Below are positions 12,991-25,860 of a stretch of DNA of 64,000 bases, piece by piece. The stretch's first letter is position 1; the number at the start of each line of letters is the position of its first letter. Below the pieces are notes generated by a model that ran no database searches, had not been told where the DNA came from, and saw nothing but the letters and a program-made list of their open reading frames with translations. The stretch lies in contig OX597816.1 in assembly GCA_951406725.2 (NCBI GenBank), positions 49,104,001 to 49,168,000 on the forward strand, written 5' to 3'. Both the position numbers and the translations under genes were made by a program. Origin of the DNA: Octopus vulgaris. Taxonomy: Eukaryota.

Positions 12991-14394
12991 ATGGTTTCTG
13001 ATTCAGGCACAAAGCCAGCAATTTTGAGAGAAGAAAATTAGGTGATTCCTTCGATTCCAGTACTTAGCATGTACAGTATTTCATCAACAGCGAGTGGATG
13101 AAATGTATTTTACAAGTACCTTGGGTAAAGTCATGCCTTGTCTGTACTGATAGAAGCTATTTAGAAGTTTGTCAGATGAACTTTTCTAATTCAGAGGCTG
13201 AATTGTTTTCTTTTGAGAAGCATGGCTGGGTGTATAATTTTCCATTTCTTTAGTTTTGACATTTACGATGGTTTCCTCTGTTGTTTCCGATTCCGTCCTT
13301 AGTAAACGTTTTTGCACAGTCTGTGTCTCTTTAAAATATCATAACCACAATGCTTCAGTTTTTGAATTCACTATATTGAAATCTAGCCAGATTATGCTTC
13401 CTCGCTGTTCACAATTTTCTCTGTTAGGACTACATTCATTTTTACCTAGTTATTGATAAAGCAGTTTTGGATGGAGTCGAACTGTTTCTTTTCTTTTTCA
13501 TTCAATGTCCGTCTTTTAATTTTTCACTCCGACGAATTCTTTGTAAGTGTACGAGAATCTTTCATATCAGAAAATCTTAGAATTCAGTTGTTTTGTTTTT
13601 ATTATACCAAATTTCTGCTGTATTTGCACATACTTTCTGCAGTTGTGTTCTTTTGATATCTATTTCACTATGTATTCAGATCACTTTTATGGTCTCTCAG
13701 TTTCTGTGTACTTGTTTCCATTTTGCTTGCTGGTGCTTTGATATTTGTATATAAGCAGATATGTTATTTATATTATTTTATTTAACCAGGTATTATCGGC
13801 ATTTGTGTTTGCTTTTGCTAAGCCTGTGACAGTCCACATTTGCCATTCTAATGGTTGCTGCTATTTCATCATTATTTTATACTTGGGAGTTAACTTCGTT
13901 TCTCTTGTATATAATTTCCACTACTATAACGTCTTAATGCAAGACGTTCCTCATATTCTGGTTCATACATATATTTTGTGTTCTGTTTTTAGCGGCTAGT
14001 ACAAAGTTGTGGATCTAGAGGTTGGATTTGTGCTTTCGTATTTTTTAATTTTATCCTTATCTTTTGTTTATTACCTTCTCAGCATTTATAGCTTGCTTCG
14101 ATACGTTATTTGCGTTTTCGATCTATCTTCTCAGTTTTTAAGTGTTCTATTTCGATTTCAGATATTTGTTTCGTTTTTGAGAATGTGTCTTCTTAAGTTA
14201 TTCGTTTGTTAGAGACCATTATAAGTTTTAGGCCAGGGATACTTTCTCTTCAAATTTTTCCAAGAATATTATCGCGGTTTCGTTTTCTTCTTTCGTAGAC
14301 TGAAGTTTTGAAATAAGTACTTAGAAACGAATAATTTTCTGGTTAGTTTGAGAAACTAGTGAGAAAACATACCCCAAAACATTCTTTTATACAG

Positions 14395-14511
14395 GTTATC
14401 ATTTTCTCCTGGCACCAATATATTTGTTCTTGGCAATAGTTAGTTGGACCCGCCCCATTTTCGTACTTTCCATGCATCATGTTTAAAGTATGCATTCACA
14501 TATTAAGATAG
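14395..14511 (+). pseudogene. Possible decayed exon
   Basis: cttttatacag|..|gtcaga, 117 nt, phase 1->1. Reads SYHFLLAPIYLFLAIVSWTRPIFVLSMHHV*SMHSHIKI. Donor is weak. Confidence 0.3.
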
Positions 14512-14802
14512 GTCAGAGTGACGCGGTTTTTATTTTTATTTTCTCTCATAATTTATTGGATGATTGAATCATTCCGCTTTTGATACTACGCCAGGTACTT
14601 CAATGAGAATGCCCTTGTGCGTTTCTGAAAAAAAACCCAGCAAATACAAACCAAATAATTATACCAAGTAGTACTGAAAATGTTTTCAAAATATTACAAA
14701 GATATCCTTTAATACGTTTGCTATTTTTCCCTAGAAATTTCTTTTATTACTTAAACCGTAGTAACTACCATTTCTCTCATACTCTCATGTTCAGTGTCAC
14801 CA

Positions 14803-14835
<33 letters not shown>

Positions 14836-14899
14836 CTTCTTCTTCTTCTTCTTCTTCTTCTTCTTTTCCTTGATACGATAGAGCGAGTGATTGACCCCT

Positions 14900-15280
14900 G
14901 ATTAAATACAAGGGATGAAATAGGGTTCCCCCGAAGTATCTCTGGTGTAACGTTAGTCGACATGATGTGTACTGAGGACATCAATCACTCTTCCAGCTGC
15001 TAGGCAGTGACAAAATCACAGTTCCGGCATTACGGACATGTGATTAGAATGACACTGGAAAAAATCACAAGGCGGATCCTTCAAGCTATGCTAAACTGTA
15101 GGTAACCTAAGAGTAGACCCTGAAGGAGATAGGTGGATGATATCCATTGTCTTATTTGGGAAACCAATCGTAAAGTCCTATGACAGTTGCTTCTGATATA
15201 ACCCAAAGGAGGAAGTGCCTGAGGATTGTACCCCAACGGTCTCCCTGGTATAGTTGGCTGAGAAGATAGATATATAGATG
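14900..15280 (+). mobile_element. Decayed RTE-like LINE 3' fragment
   Basis: FRHYGHVIRM..RRILQA..PKSRP*RR*VDDI resembles the RTE ORF C-terminus. Confidence 0.5.
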
Positions 15281-15495
15281 GTTTTGTTTTGTCGTGTTCG
15301 TCAAGTGTGTATATATATATATGAATATAAAAATATAAAAGGAGCAAAAATACCGGAGATTCAGTATACACCACGTGACAAAATTATGAGTTGAAAATAT
15401 GTGGGAAACATATATAAAAAGTGGAAGAGAAATGCCTTCGTTTCATATAGTTTAATATCTATTCATAAAGAAATTTTTTTAAAATATATACATAT

Positions 15496-15541
15496 ATATC
15501 CAACCGGTTTTCGCTATCTGAATTAGCTTTTGAAGGGACAT
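15496..15541 (-). ncRNA. Decayed hammerhead relic
   Basis: augucc [cuucaaaa] gcua-auucaga-uagc GAAA accggu u ggauau. Helices I, II and palindromic III pair, but CUGANGA is degenerate. Confidence 0.4.
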
Positions 15542-15647
15542 TGTGAAGTAATCAACTCTTGTGACAAAGGGGTTTCGCCATTTTGGATGAAATGGTGAAA
15601 CCCTTTTGTCACAAGAATTTTTATATATGCTTTCCACATATTTTCAA

Positions 15648-15709
<62 letters not shown>

Positions 15710-15884
15710 GTCAAAATGAAATTTTCCACTTGCAACTGTATTTTTTAGAAAAACACCCAATGAAGATGCATTGAAAAGGCCCTTTACAATTTCAAACTTA
15801 ACTAACTGACCACTTTAGGGACCAAGTTGACTGACGTCACCCATATCTCTTCTTTTTTTCTTCTACAAACTTGTGTGTTCTCAG

Positions 15885-16097
15885 AGACGGGTGTAAAATG
15901 TATGTGACTTAGGATTAGTTTAGAAGCATAGCTACTTGTTCGACGCACTCAGGTCACTTGACAAAGATCTAGTAGCCATCAGCAAGGCCAGAACATACGA
16001 AGCTTATATATTCGCACCAATTTTCAACGACTTTGAGATATTCTCATCGAGTGGAGACAAATTAGCAGTGTTATTCCGGAAATCTTTATATCTTATG
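15885..16097 (+). pseudogene. Decayed exon of the gene relic
   Basis: Long pyrimidine tract, ttctcag|..|gtaaga, 213 nt = 71 codons. Reads RRV*NVCDLGLV*KHSYLFDALRSLDKDLVAISKARTYEAYIFAP..KSLYLM. Confidence 0.5.
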
Positions 16098-16605
16098 GTA
16101 AGAGAAAATTTTTCTGGGCCACGTGATCAGTCGAGAGCTCTAGACATGAGCGGCAACGACAACAGTGCTTCTGATCAAAGGCCTGTTTATTCATTGACAA
16201 GAGCAGGGCTGTCAGATCTCTAGCCAATTTAACTCACGGAGTGAAGGTCGATGCAATGGAATCGAACAAGAAGCTTTTCAACTATTAAGCAAAACTGTAT
16301 ATATACATAGTCTCACGATTACGTATCACTCTCTCTCTCTGTGTCTCTCTCTCTCTCTCTATCTGTCTATCTGTCTGTATGTCTGTCTGTGCTGTCTATG
16401 TCTGTCAACTTATGTAGGAAGTTGCAAGACAAACTCAGCTTCAGTTTTAATAAAGGAAACATCCTGTATATGTATTGAACACACCTTTCTCATTCAACCG
16501 CCATTAATCAACGTACGTGTGTGTGTGTATACACACACAGACACGCACACAAACACGTACAAAAACGTATGTTTGTGTACGTATGAATGCATATATATTT
16601 ATATA

Positions 16606-17189
16606 TCTATATATATAAATTTAACATGGTCGATTCTTTCTTGTTTGGGAATTCACGGTCAAACGGCCGGGTGGAATTGCGCAAAAAATTACACAGATGT
16701 GTAGAATAACCCGGTGGTGTTGCTGGGCTTTGTATTTTTTCATAGCTCCCATGGTTACCAAAGTAATCTACTATAATAATACTGTTGTGTTTATGAATGA
16801 GAAAGGAAAGGGTGATATATGAATAAGGAAGGAAGGGTTAACATCTTTTTTGTAGTGTTTCAGTTATTCGTTTTTCAGTTTCAGATGTTTTTTTTTTCTT
16901 TTGGCTTTTTAAAATTTTGTGTAATATTTTGCTATAAGGTTGAGGTATTTAATGTTTTTTAGCTATTATTTTTTTGTTGTTTTTTGAACTTTGAAAATTT
17001 AAAAGATTTTTGACCTATTTTAAAAAATTTATTTTAAGTTTTGTTTTATGTTTTATGCTTCCGTTGCAAAATGTAGTTCAAAAATTGTTTTTTAATGTAA
17101 GCGTGCCCAAACAAGTCGAATACTTACACAGAGCAGGTTTTACAGCCACATCATGCAAACCAATCGGGTGAAACCGGGTTTAGCTGCTA

Positions 17190-17190
<1 letters not shown>
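16606..17190 (+). mobile_element. Non-autonomous Helitron
   Basis: A|TCtatatatataaa 5' end, imperfect hairpin cgggtgaaaccggg, CTAG|T 3' end, no TSD. Confidence 0.7.
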
Positions 17191-17227
<37 letters not shown>

Positions 17228-17403
17228 TCACAGTGAGTACTTGATAATTGTAAGCACCTGTATATACCGTTTGGTGGTGTAGGTGGTGGAGTAAATTAAT
17301 CAAAATAAAAAATGATGCCAAGGATTTTGTTATAAATCCGTCTAATAAAGGCCCGAAACATATGTACCGCTGAATCCTTGGCATCATGTTTTTATTTTGA
17401 TTA

Positions 17404-17438
<35 letters not shown>

Positions 17439-18083
17439 TTTATATATGTGTGCGTATGTGTCTGTGAATGTGTGGCATTGTAAAACTAAATTGAATTCGA
17501 TCCTTCGTGAAAGTAGTTTTACAAACCTACTTCATCAACGTTTTCTATAGAGCAGAAGCAGAACGAACGACTTCTAATATATGCAAAAGAAAGAAATGGT
17601 TTTTCATAAAAATATATTTTTTCGTTGCATACTTATTCCAAAATTCCCATCGAGTTTTTCACTGAAGAAAAAGTCTTTATAATTTTATATTAGTTGCGAA
17701 AATTCACCAAAAATCAATTGAATCATATTTTGAAACGACAAAATAAAATTGACGGAACGAATATTTCGTTTTAATATTTTCGCTTCCCACAAAGTCTGTT
17801 TCTATGCGGATTAAATATTAATATAAACCCAAAAGCTAACCAGCTATCTGTGTCAATTTTGTTTTGTTGAATGAGATATATTCATCGTTACATACACAAA
17901 TTCGATACTATGAAAGCTTATTGCTTAATTCTTCAAGATAGTAAGGCAGAATCATATAATTCAGAAGCAAGGTGTATATTTCTGTACATATTCACATTAA
18001 CTTAAGGGAAAAAAAAACTTATTTTTTCACGTATATATATTCACACATAAAATGTACGCACCTATATATGTAGGGAATTTCTG

Positions 18084-18141
<58 letters not shown>

Positions 18142-18157
18142 GCTATCTATCTATCTA

Positions 18158-18239
<82 letters not shown>

Positions 18240-18285
18240 ATGCATACATACATACATACATATATATATACACAAAAATGCATAC

Positions 18286-18331
<46 letters not shown>

Positions 18332-18550
18332 ATGCATACACACACACATATATATAAATATAAATATATATATGATAAGTATTTTGTGTTTAATGTTTCT
18401 CCTCAACTGATTTTATGTAAGCTCTTACAGCATATCTAAAGTTCCCTTCATCTGATCTCCCTATCATAATCCTCTTCCTGCTCGTCATCATCATTATTAT
18501 TATTATTATTATTATTATCATTATTATTATTATTATTGTTATTATTATTA

Positions 18551-19103
18551 TGTGAGAGAGCAGTGCATGCCATCAAAGTGACACTGGGGTAAAATATACG
18601 AAGCTCAGTATACCCATCATGACTACCCGTCTGATAAGAGTACACTAAGCACATGCGTCACAACCATATGTGCGCGACAAGGTGAATTCATATCAAGATA
18701 AACAGCGCATGACCTTGCAGTTGGGGCCCAGTTATAATTCTTCTGGTCGAGTAACCCATTCCGCTCAAAAGGTCCCTGAATAAAGGTTGTTTAAGGATGT
18801 TGAACGAAACATCCATGTTTCCAGAGATTAATTATTCAAACCCCCAAAAATCCCTCTCAACACATGGCTATCATGCTCCCCCACTACTTCTACTCGTGAT
18901 CAGAGATGCACATATCGTCAGCCACTAAGAAACATGATCAACTGGTTAAAGTCAAACAACTGACAAACAAACCTGTGGTATTGAACATAATATTTGTTGT
19001 TACCCATCTTTTATACCAAGACAAAACAATGTACGTGATAACACTTCCAATTTGTTAAGATCAGGAGCCATAAGAGCCACTGCCTGGTACTGTACCAGGG
19101 CAT
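18551..19103. mobile_element. ~550-bp non-coding interspersed element embedded in (ATT)n
   Basis: Flanked by ATT tracts on both sides. Its first ~110 bp recur at 45160-45278. Confidence 0.7.
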
Positions 19104-19118
19104 TTATTATTATCATTT

Positions 19119-19173
<55 letters not shown>

Positions 19174-19559
19174 CACCATCATCATCATCATAATCATTAT
19201 TATTATTATACTGGAGCGTGATATGATTTTCAATAATTATGGAATTGACATTTTATTGAATTGATCAACATTTCGGCAGCATTTCTGTTTTTCTCGACTT
19301 CAAAACGAGAGAATGATACGCAGAATTGCAGAAATTCAAAATTTTAAACTGGAATGTCCTGCGTTCATTTTTAGACAACTGTTAACAGGAAAAAGAAAAA
19401 GAACTTGAAAAAAAAAAGCAAGAAAGAGCATAGTTAGTCAAAAAGGTTTGTGTAAATATGATGGAATTCTCCTCTCATGTTATTTATTCCAATAGAGTGT
19501 GACTTTAGTAATGCACAGGCATATTTATTCCTCATGTTTTGAGGACAGAAAGGACAGTG

Positions 19560-19900
19560 AAATATCTTCTGAGAATATGTACTTTGAGATGTTACTCAAA
19601 ATTACAGCTGTTTTACGTAAAATTTCCGGCAATTTCCGTTGAATTACTGCCACTGTGCTTGATACCATACCCATGTCCATTGCATCTTTTGTTTAATTTT
19701 TCTGTTGTGCAACCAACATAAATCAAGTTGTGTTTGGCGCATTCCACTGCGTACACATAACTGAAATCCTGACAGATTCTACCTTCTATAAAAATTATAA
19801 CACTTTTATAATTTGCCATGGAGTTGACTTGATACATGTTTTGGCATAATGAATATGGCTTACGTCTCTCGCGATTGTTTGTCGGAGTAAAGCCCTCATA
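19560..19900 (-). mobile_element. Decayed Penelope-like GIY-YIG endonuclease fragment (coding-like remnants may extend to ~20300)
   Basis: ORF 19613-19837: YVYAVECAKHNLIYVGCTTEKLNKRCNGH..STEIAGNF matches VY..C...YVG.T...L..R...H. Confidence 0.7.
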
Positions 19901-20603
19901 AACTCCAATGGACTTTTAATTGGGAGTAAAAGTACTGTTTAATTGTCCACTTATACCTTTATTGCACCGAAAGGCTACAGTATGCAGAAAAGTTCTTTAA
20001 CACTACTTAGTCTGTACAGAACCAATTTCACATTTACTTCAGAATTATTTTCTCTCCAAAGATTACTCGTGTACAAGTATATTGTTGTAATTTTTGCTTT
20101 CGGATACAAAATTTCTCTGAAATATTTATGTAGAATAAAAAATATATGTATATCCATCCCATTTTCACCTTTTCCTATCTATTTTAGTTGTAAAATTAAT
20201 ATCAGCTTCATTTTCAACAGGTTTTATTTTATTCGGTTTTAGTGTTAAGAAGCTTCAACATACCGTGTCTGGTAGCTTTTAATAAGCAAATTCAAGGCAC
20301 GCATATTTCAGTAATATATTGCAATGCATGACACTGTCTTTTCACATTTTTGTACATTTTGTGTGGAGATAGGGTTGAATTGATCCGACGCTTAGTTTAT
20401 TTATACGTAAACCGATTCAATGCGAGAGGTCTGATGGATTTCTTTGCACACAACCCCACCACACACATGTAGTGTGCACACGCATGCATGTTTCGAAGCA
20501 CATAATTTAGCTGCTGTGGCGAAACTCAGTAGCTGTTACATTTCTTGTAAATGCATATCTGGACATGTATGTATGCAATTTTATATGTCTATTTATGACA
20601 TTT

Positions 20604-20914
20604 GTGGAGGCGCAATGGCCCAGTGGTTTGGGCAGCGGACTCGCGGTCGGAGGATCGCGGTTTCGATTCTGAGACCGGGCGTTATGTGTATTTATTGAGT
20701 GAAGGCACCTAAAATCGGTAGTGGCGACCTCTTTTGTACTCTTTCGCTCCAGCTTTCTCTCACTCTTTCTTCCTGTTTCTTGGGTAACGCTGCGATGGAC
20801 TGGCGTCCCGGCCAGCTGGGTGGGTGGGTGGGGGCACACACATACGCCACAGAAACCGAGAAACCGAGCCCATGAGCCTAGCTAAGCTTGAAAAGGGCGC
20901 ATAAATAAAATAAA
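20604..20914 (+). mobile_element. SINE with family C head and family D tail, 13-bp TSD
   Basis: TSD atttatgacRttt at 20591-20603 and 20915-20927. Confidence 0.85.
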
Positions 20915-21417
20915 ATTTATGACGTTTACTTTAATGTCATGAATTATTTCATCGGTCCCCGTTTATTAGTACTGTTTACTGATAGGAAAATGGTAAAAGG
21001 CAAACTAGATACCTTTGTGATTTGAGCTCATGAAGTGGATGGAGAAGCTAAATAATCCACCTTATATGTTTCATTGTCTGAAACTACTTGTGGAACGAAC
21101 AACTTAGAATCATGTCACGTTGAAATTAAATAATGTTTGCTATATTTCACCATCCCTATTCGATTATTTGGAAAAATTCGAAATATATTTCAATGAAGTA
21201 TAAAGACCACAATAAAATGAAATAAAATAAATAAATAAAAACAAAAAACATAAACATTTTCCAAATTAGAATTACATTAAAAAATATTATCTACAAAATT
21301 TGTTGTCAAATTATTTAAAATAAGTTCATAATATAAACATCAATGTCACATTAAAAATATAATTCGCTACAATACAACTTCTCCGTTGTGGTTTGATGTC
21401 CTCTAATCATATTTTAG

Positions 21418-21875
21418 ATTAAACTATAAAATTATCGATTTTGTGCATAGACGTAATGTCTCCCATTCATACGGGAAGACTAATCTTGTTTGTCGTTCAT
21501 TTAGCTTGAAAGTAAAATCCGAATATTTAGCTTTTATTTTTATTTTGGACTGTGATTCTGGTGTATATAACTGTTTGAGTAGATTCTTTATGTGCGCAAC
21601 GGTAGTTTTTTTTTTGGTTGTATATATTAAAAACCCATCTCAAATATATTTACAATTTGAACTGCAGCGTTCGTTTTATTTGCTTAAGAGTTAAAATTTA
21701 GGCTTCTTTTCAGTAGGCAACAAATATCCCTATTTTAGTTCAGGACGTATTATGAAATGAATCAATATTTTGTTGTAATGAATTCATCTTGGGATTCAAA
21801 TTGTGCTTTTGTTTGAGAATGAACACTTTTGCTCTAACTAAACCTCAAAACTATCATGAATTTTAATCCCAACCA
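21418..21875 (+). pseudogene. Two exons of the gene relic (21418-21601 open; 21739-~21875 disabled)
   Basis: Branch-like ctctaat, then ttttag|LNYKIIDFVHRRNV..ILDCDSGVYNCLSRFFMCAT|gtagtt (phase 2->0). Next is tattttag|FRTYYEMNQYFVVMNSSWDSNCAFV*E* in phase 0. Confidence 0.5.
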
Positions 21876-22177
21876 AGTGACATCACTGACTCTTTTGCCT
21901 ATGCAAATAATCTTTCCTGACTTTATTCTTGCTGTTGTTGTTGTTGAGCCTACGATGAGCGCTGTTTGAGCAAACTTATGATAAAAAATGTATCAATTGT
22001 GACAATTGCACCAGTTTGTATATGAGTGATTACAATCCCCCTTGCGTAGATTTTAAGACGTTTGGATGTGATATGAAAGAAATCTAGTTGCTATATTTAA
22101 CGCATAGTACAACCGGACAGAGACTCCTGCTTCTTTAAATGCTTTAATATATTTATGTTAGGTAATTATACCATGTG

Positions 22178-22441
22178 TGGAGGCGCGTGGCTTAGTGGTT
22201 AGGGTGTCAGCATCATGATCGTAAGATTGTGGTTTCGATTCCTGGACCGGGCGACGCGTTGTGTTCTTGAGCAAAACACTTCATTTCACGTTGCTCCAGT
22301 CCACTCAGATGGCAAATAGAAGTAACGCTGCGATGGACTGGCGTCCCGTCCAGCGGGGGAACACATACGCCATAGAAACCGGGAAACCGGGCCCATGAGC
22401 CTGGCTAGACTTTAAAAGGGCGCATGTATTTTATTTATTTT
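22178..22441 (+). mobile_element. SINE family D, full length with 15-bp TSD
   Basis: tRNA-like head tggcttagtgg..ggtttcgattcc. TSD taattataccatgtg at 22163-22177 and 22442-22456. Confidence 0.9.
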
Positions 22442-22643
22442 TAATTATACCATGTGGTAGCAAAACTGTTTTCTAAAACTGCAACGTCCTCAGAAGGTAG
22501 AATCCAGAGACGTATATCAATACTAAATATATTGTACAACTTTCTTGTAAAGCAAAATAACTGAATGAATGTGGTGTAGCTCCTAGTTTGAAGGATATGA
22601 TTTTATATCCACTGTAAGTATTTCATTCTTTCTTTTTTTTCAG

Positions 22644-22791
22644 AGCTCACTAATTTATGTATGTCGGTTTACCAAGTTAAAAAAAAATTATAAACAGGTT
22701 ATTCGATGAAAGTTCCTTTTTGTAGATTAGGATCCATAAGAATGATTAGAAATAAACATCAGTTTTATAGTGTACATGCTGAATAGTATGA
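22644..22791 (+). pseudogene. Decayed exon of the gene relic
   Basis: tctttttttcag|..|gtatgt, 148 nt, phase 1->2. Reads ELTNLCMSVYQVKKKL*TGYSMKVPFCRLG..HAE*Y. Confidence 0.5.
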
Positions 22792-22982
22792 GTATGTAGG
22801 AAGCGTGAAGCCTCAATCTAGTCGTTCTAACTACTAGAAAAAGCTGCAGAATCTCCATCAAGTATCAATATACCCTCTTCAAAAATAAAGTTCACATCGG
22901 TTAATGTATACTCAAATAAAAGAAGACGATATGGACATAGGAACACAGCGCTGAGTATAGATGATTTTCACAGTAATTTCAT

Positions 22983-23045
<63 letters not shown>

Positions 23046-23142
23046 CTTAATCATATCAAAGGGAAATCGAAATTAATTAAAATTTTCATTTCCAGTGGCC
23101 TAACGTGTAAAAACTATGTATTAGTCCAAAGACTATGTATTA

Positions 23143-23396
23143 GTCATAAAATACAGTGTACGTTTAAACACACGAGGAATACACTCGTGGGATTCAACAC
23201 GCTAGAAAGAACAGCTAGGTTCGATAACCACAAAATTCGGGTAAAATTAGATGGTAAAATGCTTTTATCTTTTCATTTCGTTCCTGTCGAATTTTATCCC
23301 TGATTTTGTGGTTATGGAACCTAGCTGTTCTTTCTAGCGTGTTGAATACCACGAGTGAATTCCTCATGTGTTTAAATGTACACTGTATTTTATGAC
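23143..23396. repeat. Fold-back inverted repeat (~105-bp arms) in a TA-flanked element (23043-23400)
   Basis: gtcataaaatacagtgtac..ccacaaaat pairs with attttgtgg..gtacactgtattttatgac; ~40-nt loop. Confidence 0.95.
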
Positions 23397-23438
<42 letters not shown>

Positions 23439-23587
23439 GATGCGATAATATACTTTTTTGCGAATAACATTCAATCATTTGAAGAAGGAAGAAAGGAGAC
23501 AAAAGAAAGTGAATAATGGTGGGAGGACAAAAATATACAAAACCACATACATAGGAATTCGAAAACGCATACACAAACGCAAGCATG

Positions 23588-23618
<31 letters not shown>

Positions 23619-24448
23619 ATATATGAGTTTAGAGGGATATATTATCTTGGTGGGTGCCGTAGTAGCTCTGTTATGTTCCAGGTTAACATTAACCGCATTG
23701 ACTAGTATTTAACGTCTATGACTACTAGAAGTTGTCAGTCACGTTGTAAATTCCTCCGATGGGTAATTCCGTGTCCGCTTCGCTGGATTCTAATATTATC
23801 TGGAACGTAAATTTGCAATAATTATAACGATAGATAATATGGAGAATGGTGCATCATCAGAATTAATTTCTTTTTTATTTTACGTTATGTCATACAGCAT
23901 TGCTGTATGTCATACAGCATTGCTGTATGTCATACGGTAATGAGCCTACAGACTCATACCCAAACGGACTCACAGAAATATACACATTCGCACACAAATG
24001 CACGCAAGTATATTCGTTCATATTCTGACACATACATACTCACTCATATATGTACATAAACACACGCAAACCAAACACTGAAATATTGGCATTAAATGAA
24101 ACGTACCATTTGAAGCTTTTGAACTTGCCTCACTTTATATGATTTATTTTTTAAATCATTCGAAACGAGCTCTAAATTATTCGACATGCGCTGTATTTTT
24201 TTTTGCTTATCTTTTTTTGTATTGGGAAGTTCTTTCTGTTGTCTTATTTGTTTCATAATGCTTAATTGTTATTATGTTCACAAATTCTGATGATCTGATC
24301 AAGTAAATTTTCTCTGTTTCTCATTAGTAAATATAATATAATATAATATAATATAATAATATATACTTGCTGGACCCGGAAAACATAAAAAATGTAAGCA
24401 TCTGTAAACAGTGTACTGGTGCCATGAGAAATGTTTGCATATTATGAC

Positions 24449-24597
24449 CGTCTGTCTTTACGTTCTGAGTTCAAATTCTGCGAGGCCGACTTTACCTTTC
24501 GTCCTTTCGAGGTCTATAAATTAAGTACCATTTGTGTACTAGGGTCGATCTAATTAACTGTCACCCTCCCCACAAAAATTTCAGGCTTAGAAAAGTA
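24449..24597 (+). mobile_element. SINE family B fragment
   Basis: cgttctgagttcaaattc..aaattaagtacc. Confidence 0.8.
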
Positions 24598-24771
24598 TAT
24601 TGTGACTTACAGAATGTAGAAAAAATTCAACACCAATGACTATATAATCCAACCAAAATATCTCAGTTACACAAACGTAAACGGAATTATTATTTAAACA
24701 TAAAATAATCATACATATTCAAAGAACCTTCTTGGTTTAGTGGTATAGAACGTTTTTCTGATATTCTTTTA

Positions 24772-25037
24772 TTCTTTCACTTGTTTCAGTCATTTGACGG
24801 TGGCCATGCTGGAGCACCACCCTTTAGCCGAATAAATTGGCCCCTGGACTTATTCCCTGTAAGCTTGGTGCTTAATCTATCAGTCTCTTCTGCTGAACAG
24901 CTAAATTACAGGAACGCAAATGCACCAACATCGGCTGTCCAGCAATGGTGGTGGTGGGACAAAGACAGACACAAACACACACACACACATACATGCATAC
25001 ATGTATACATACATACATACATACATATGACAGGCTT
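24772..25037 (-). mobile_element. SINE family A, diverged 3' part
   Basis: cttgtttcagtcatttgac..ggccatgctggagcacc. Confidence 0.8.
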
Positions 25038-25183
25038 CGTGATAGTAGTGATGCTGGCTGGTGCGATTTTGTCGTCTGCTGAGAGAGATCCAGCGGGCTC
25101 CTAATTGGTTCCCCGATTTTAAAGGTGTAATGTGAATGTGTAATGATGGAGCGGTTGGTGTGGTGGTGGTGCGGTGGTCTTCC

Positions 25184-25860
25184 TCAAAGTACTTTATGGT
25201 AGACAATATTTTGTGTGTATGTCACACCACGTCTTTGGATTTGTCTGTTATCCCAATTGAGTGTCATAACTCTTACTTCGATATTGTTCATAGCTCGTGC
25301 TCTTGAAAATGCGACATATAATTGACCATGAGAAAATACCGGTTGAGGCAAATGTATTCCAAATCTTTCAAATATTTGCCCTTGGGCCTTATTAATTTTC
25401 ATTGAATATACAAGTCGAAGTGGAAACTGAAGTCTGTTTAGTGCGAATGGAATATTTGCATTACTTGGGCTAATTTTAATTTTGGGAATTAGACCTGTAC
25501 GACCTCTGTTGGAGCCCGTTACCAATGTTGCCTCTACACAATGTACATGAAGTCTTTGCACTTTCATGCGAGTTCCAGTACACAATCCTTGACTGATCGA
25601 AATATATTTTCAGCTGCATTACAATAGCCCCTACTTTTAAGCTGAGGCATACCGAATAGAGTGAGTGATTTATGAACTCAAATGGATAGTCCTGAACCTC
25701 TTCTTCTTTATTGCAGAACACTGAATATGTGCTTAAGTACGTTTTAAGTGCCTCTGGTATAATATTAAGAACTTTTTCATTTATTTCAAGACAGAATTTT
25801 TAGGAGAAAAAATTACTTATTTTTCCATTTCTTCTGGAGTGCAGTTGTTGAAACTTTTTG
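25184..25860 (-). mobile_element. Helitron RepHel Pif1-type helicase C-terminal fragment, frameshifted
   Basis: CTGTR..RLQFPLRLVYSMKINKAQGQ..LPQPVFSHGQLYVAFSR..TQNIVYHKVL. Possible TC 5' end near 26062. Confidence 0.85.

Noticed and set aside
22178-22255. tRNA gene candidates (also 4444, 20604, 28785, 48914)
   Set aside because: A/B boxes continue into SINE bodies with tails and TSDs; no complete cloverleaf.
25184-25585. Host PIF1 helicase gene
   Set aside because: Intronless and frameshifted, with the Helitron-type NIVY.KVL C-terminus.
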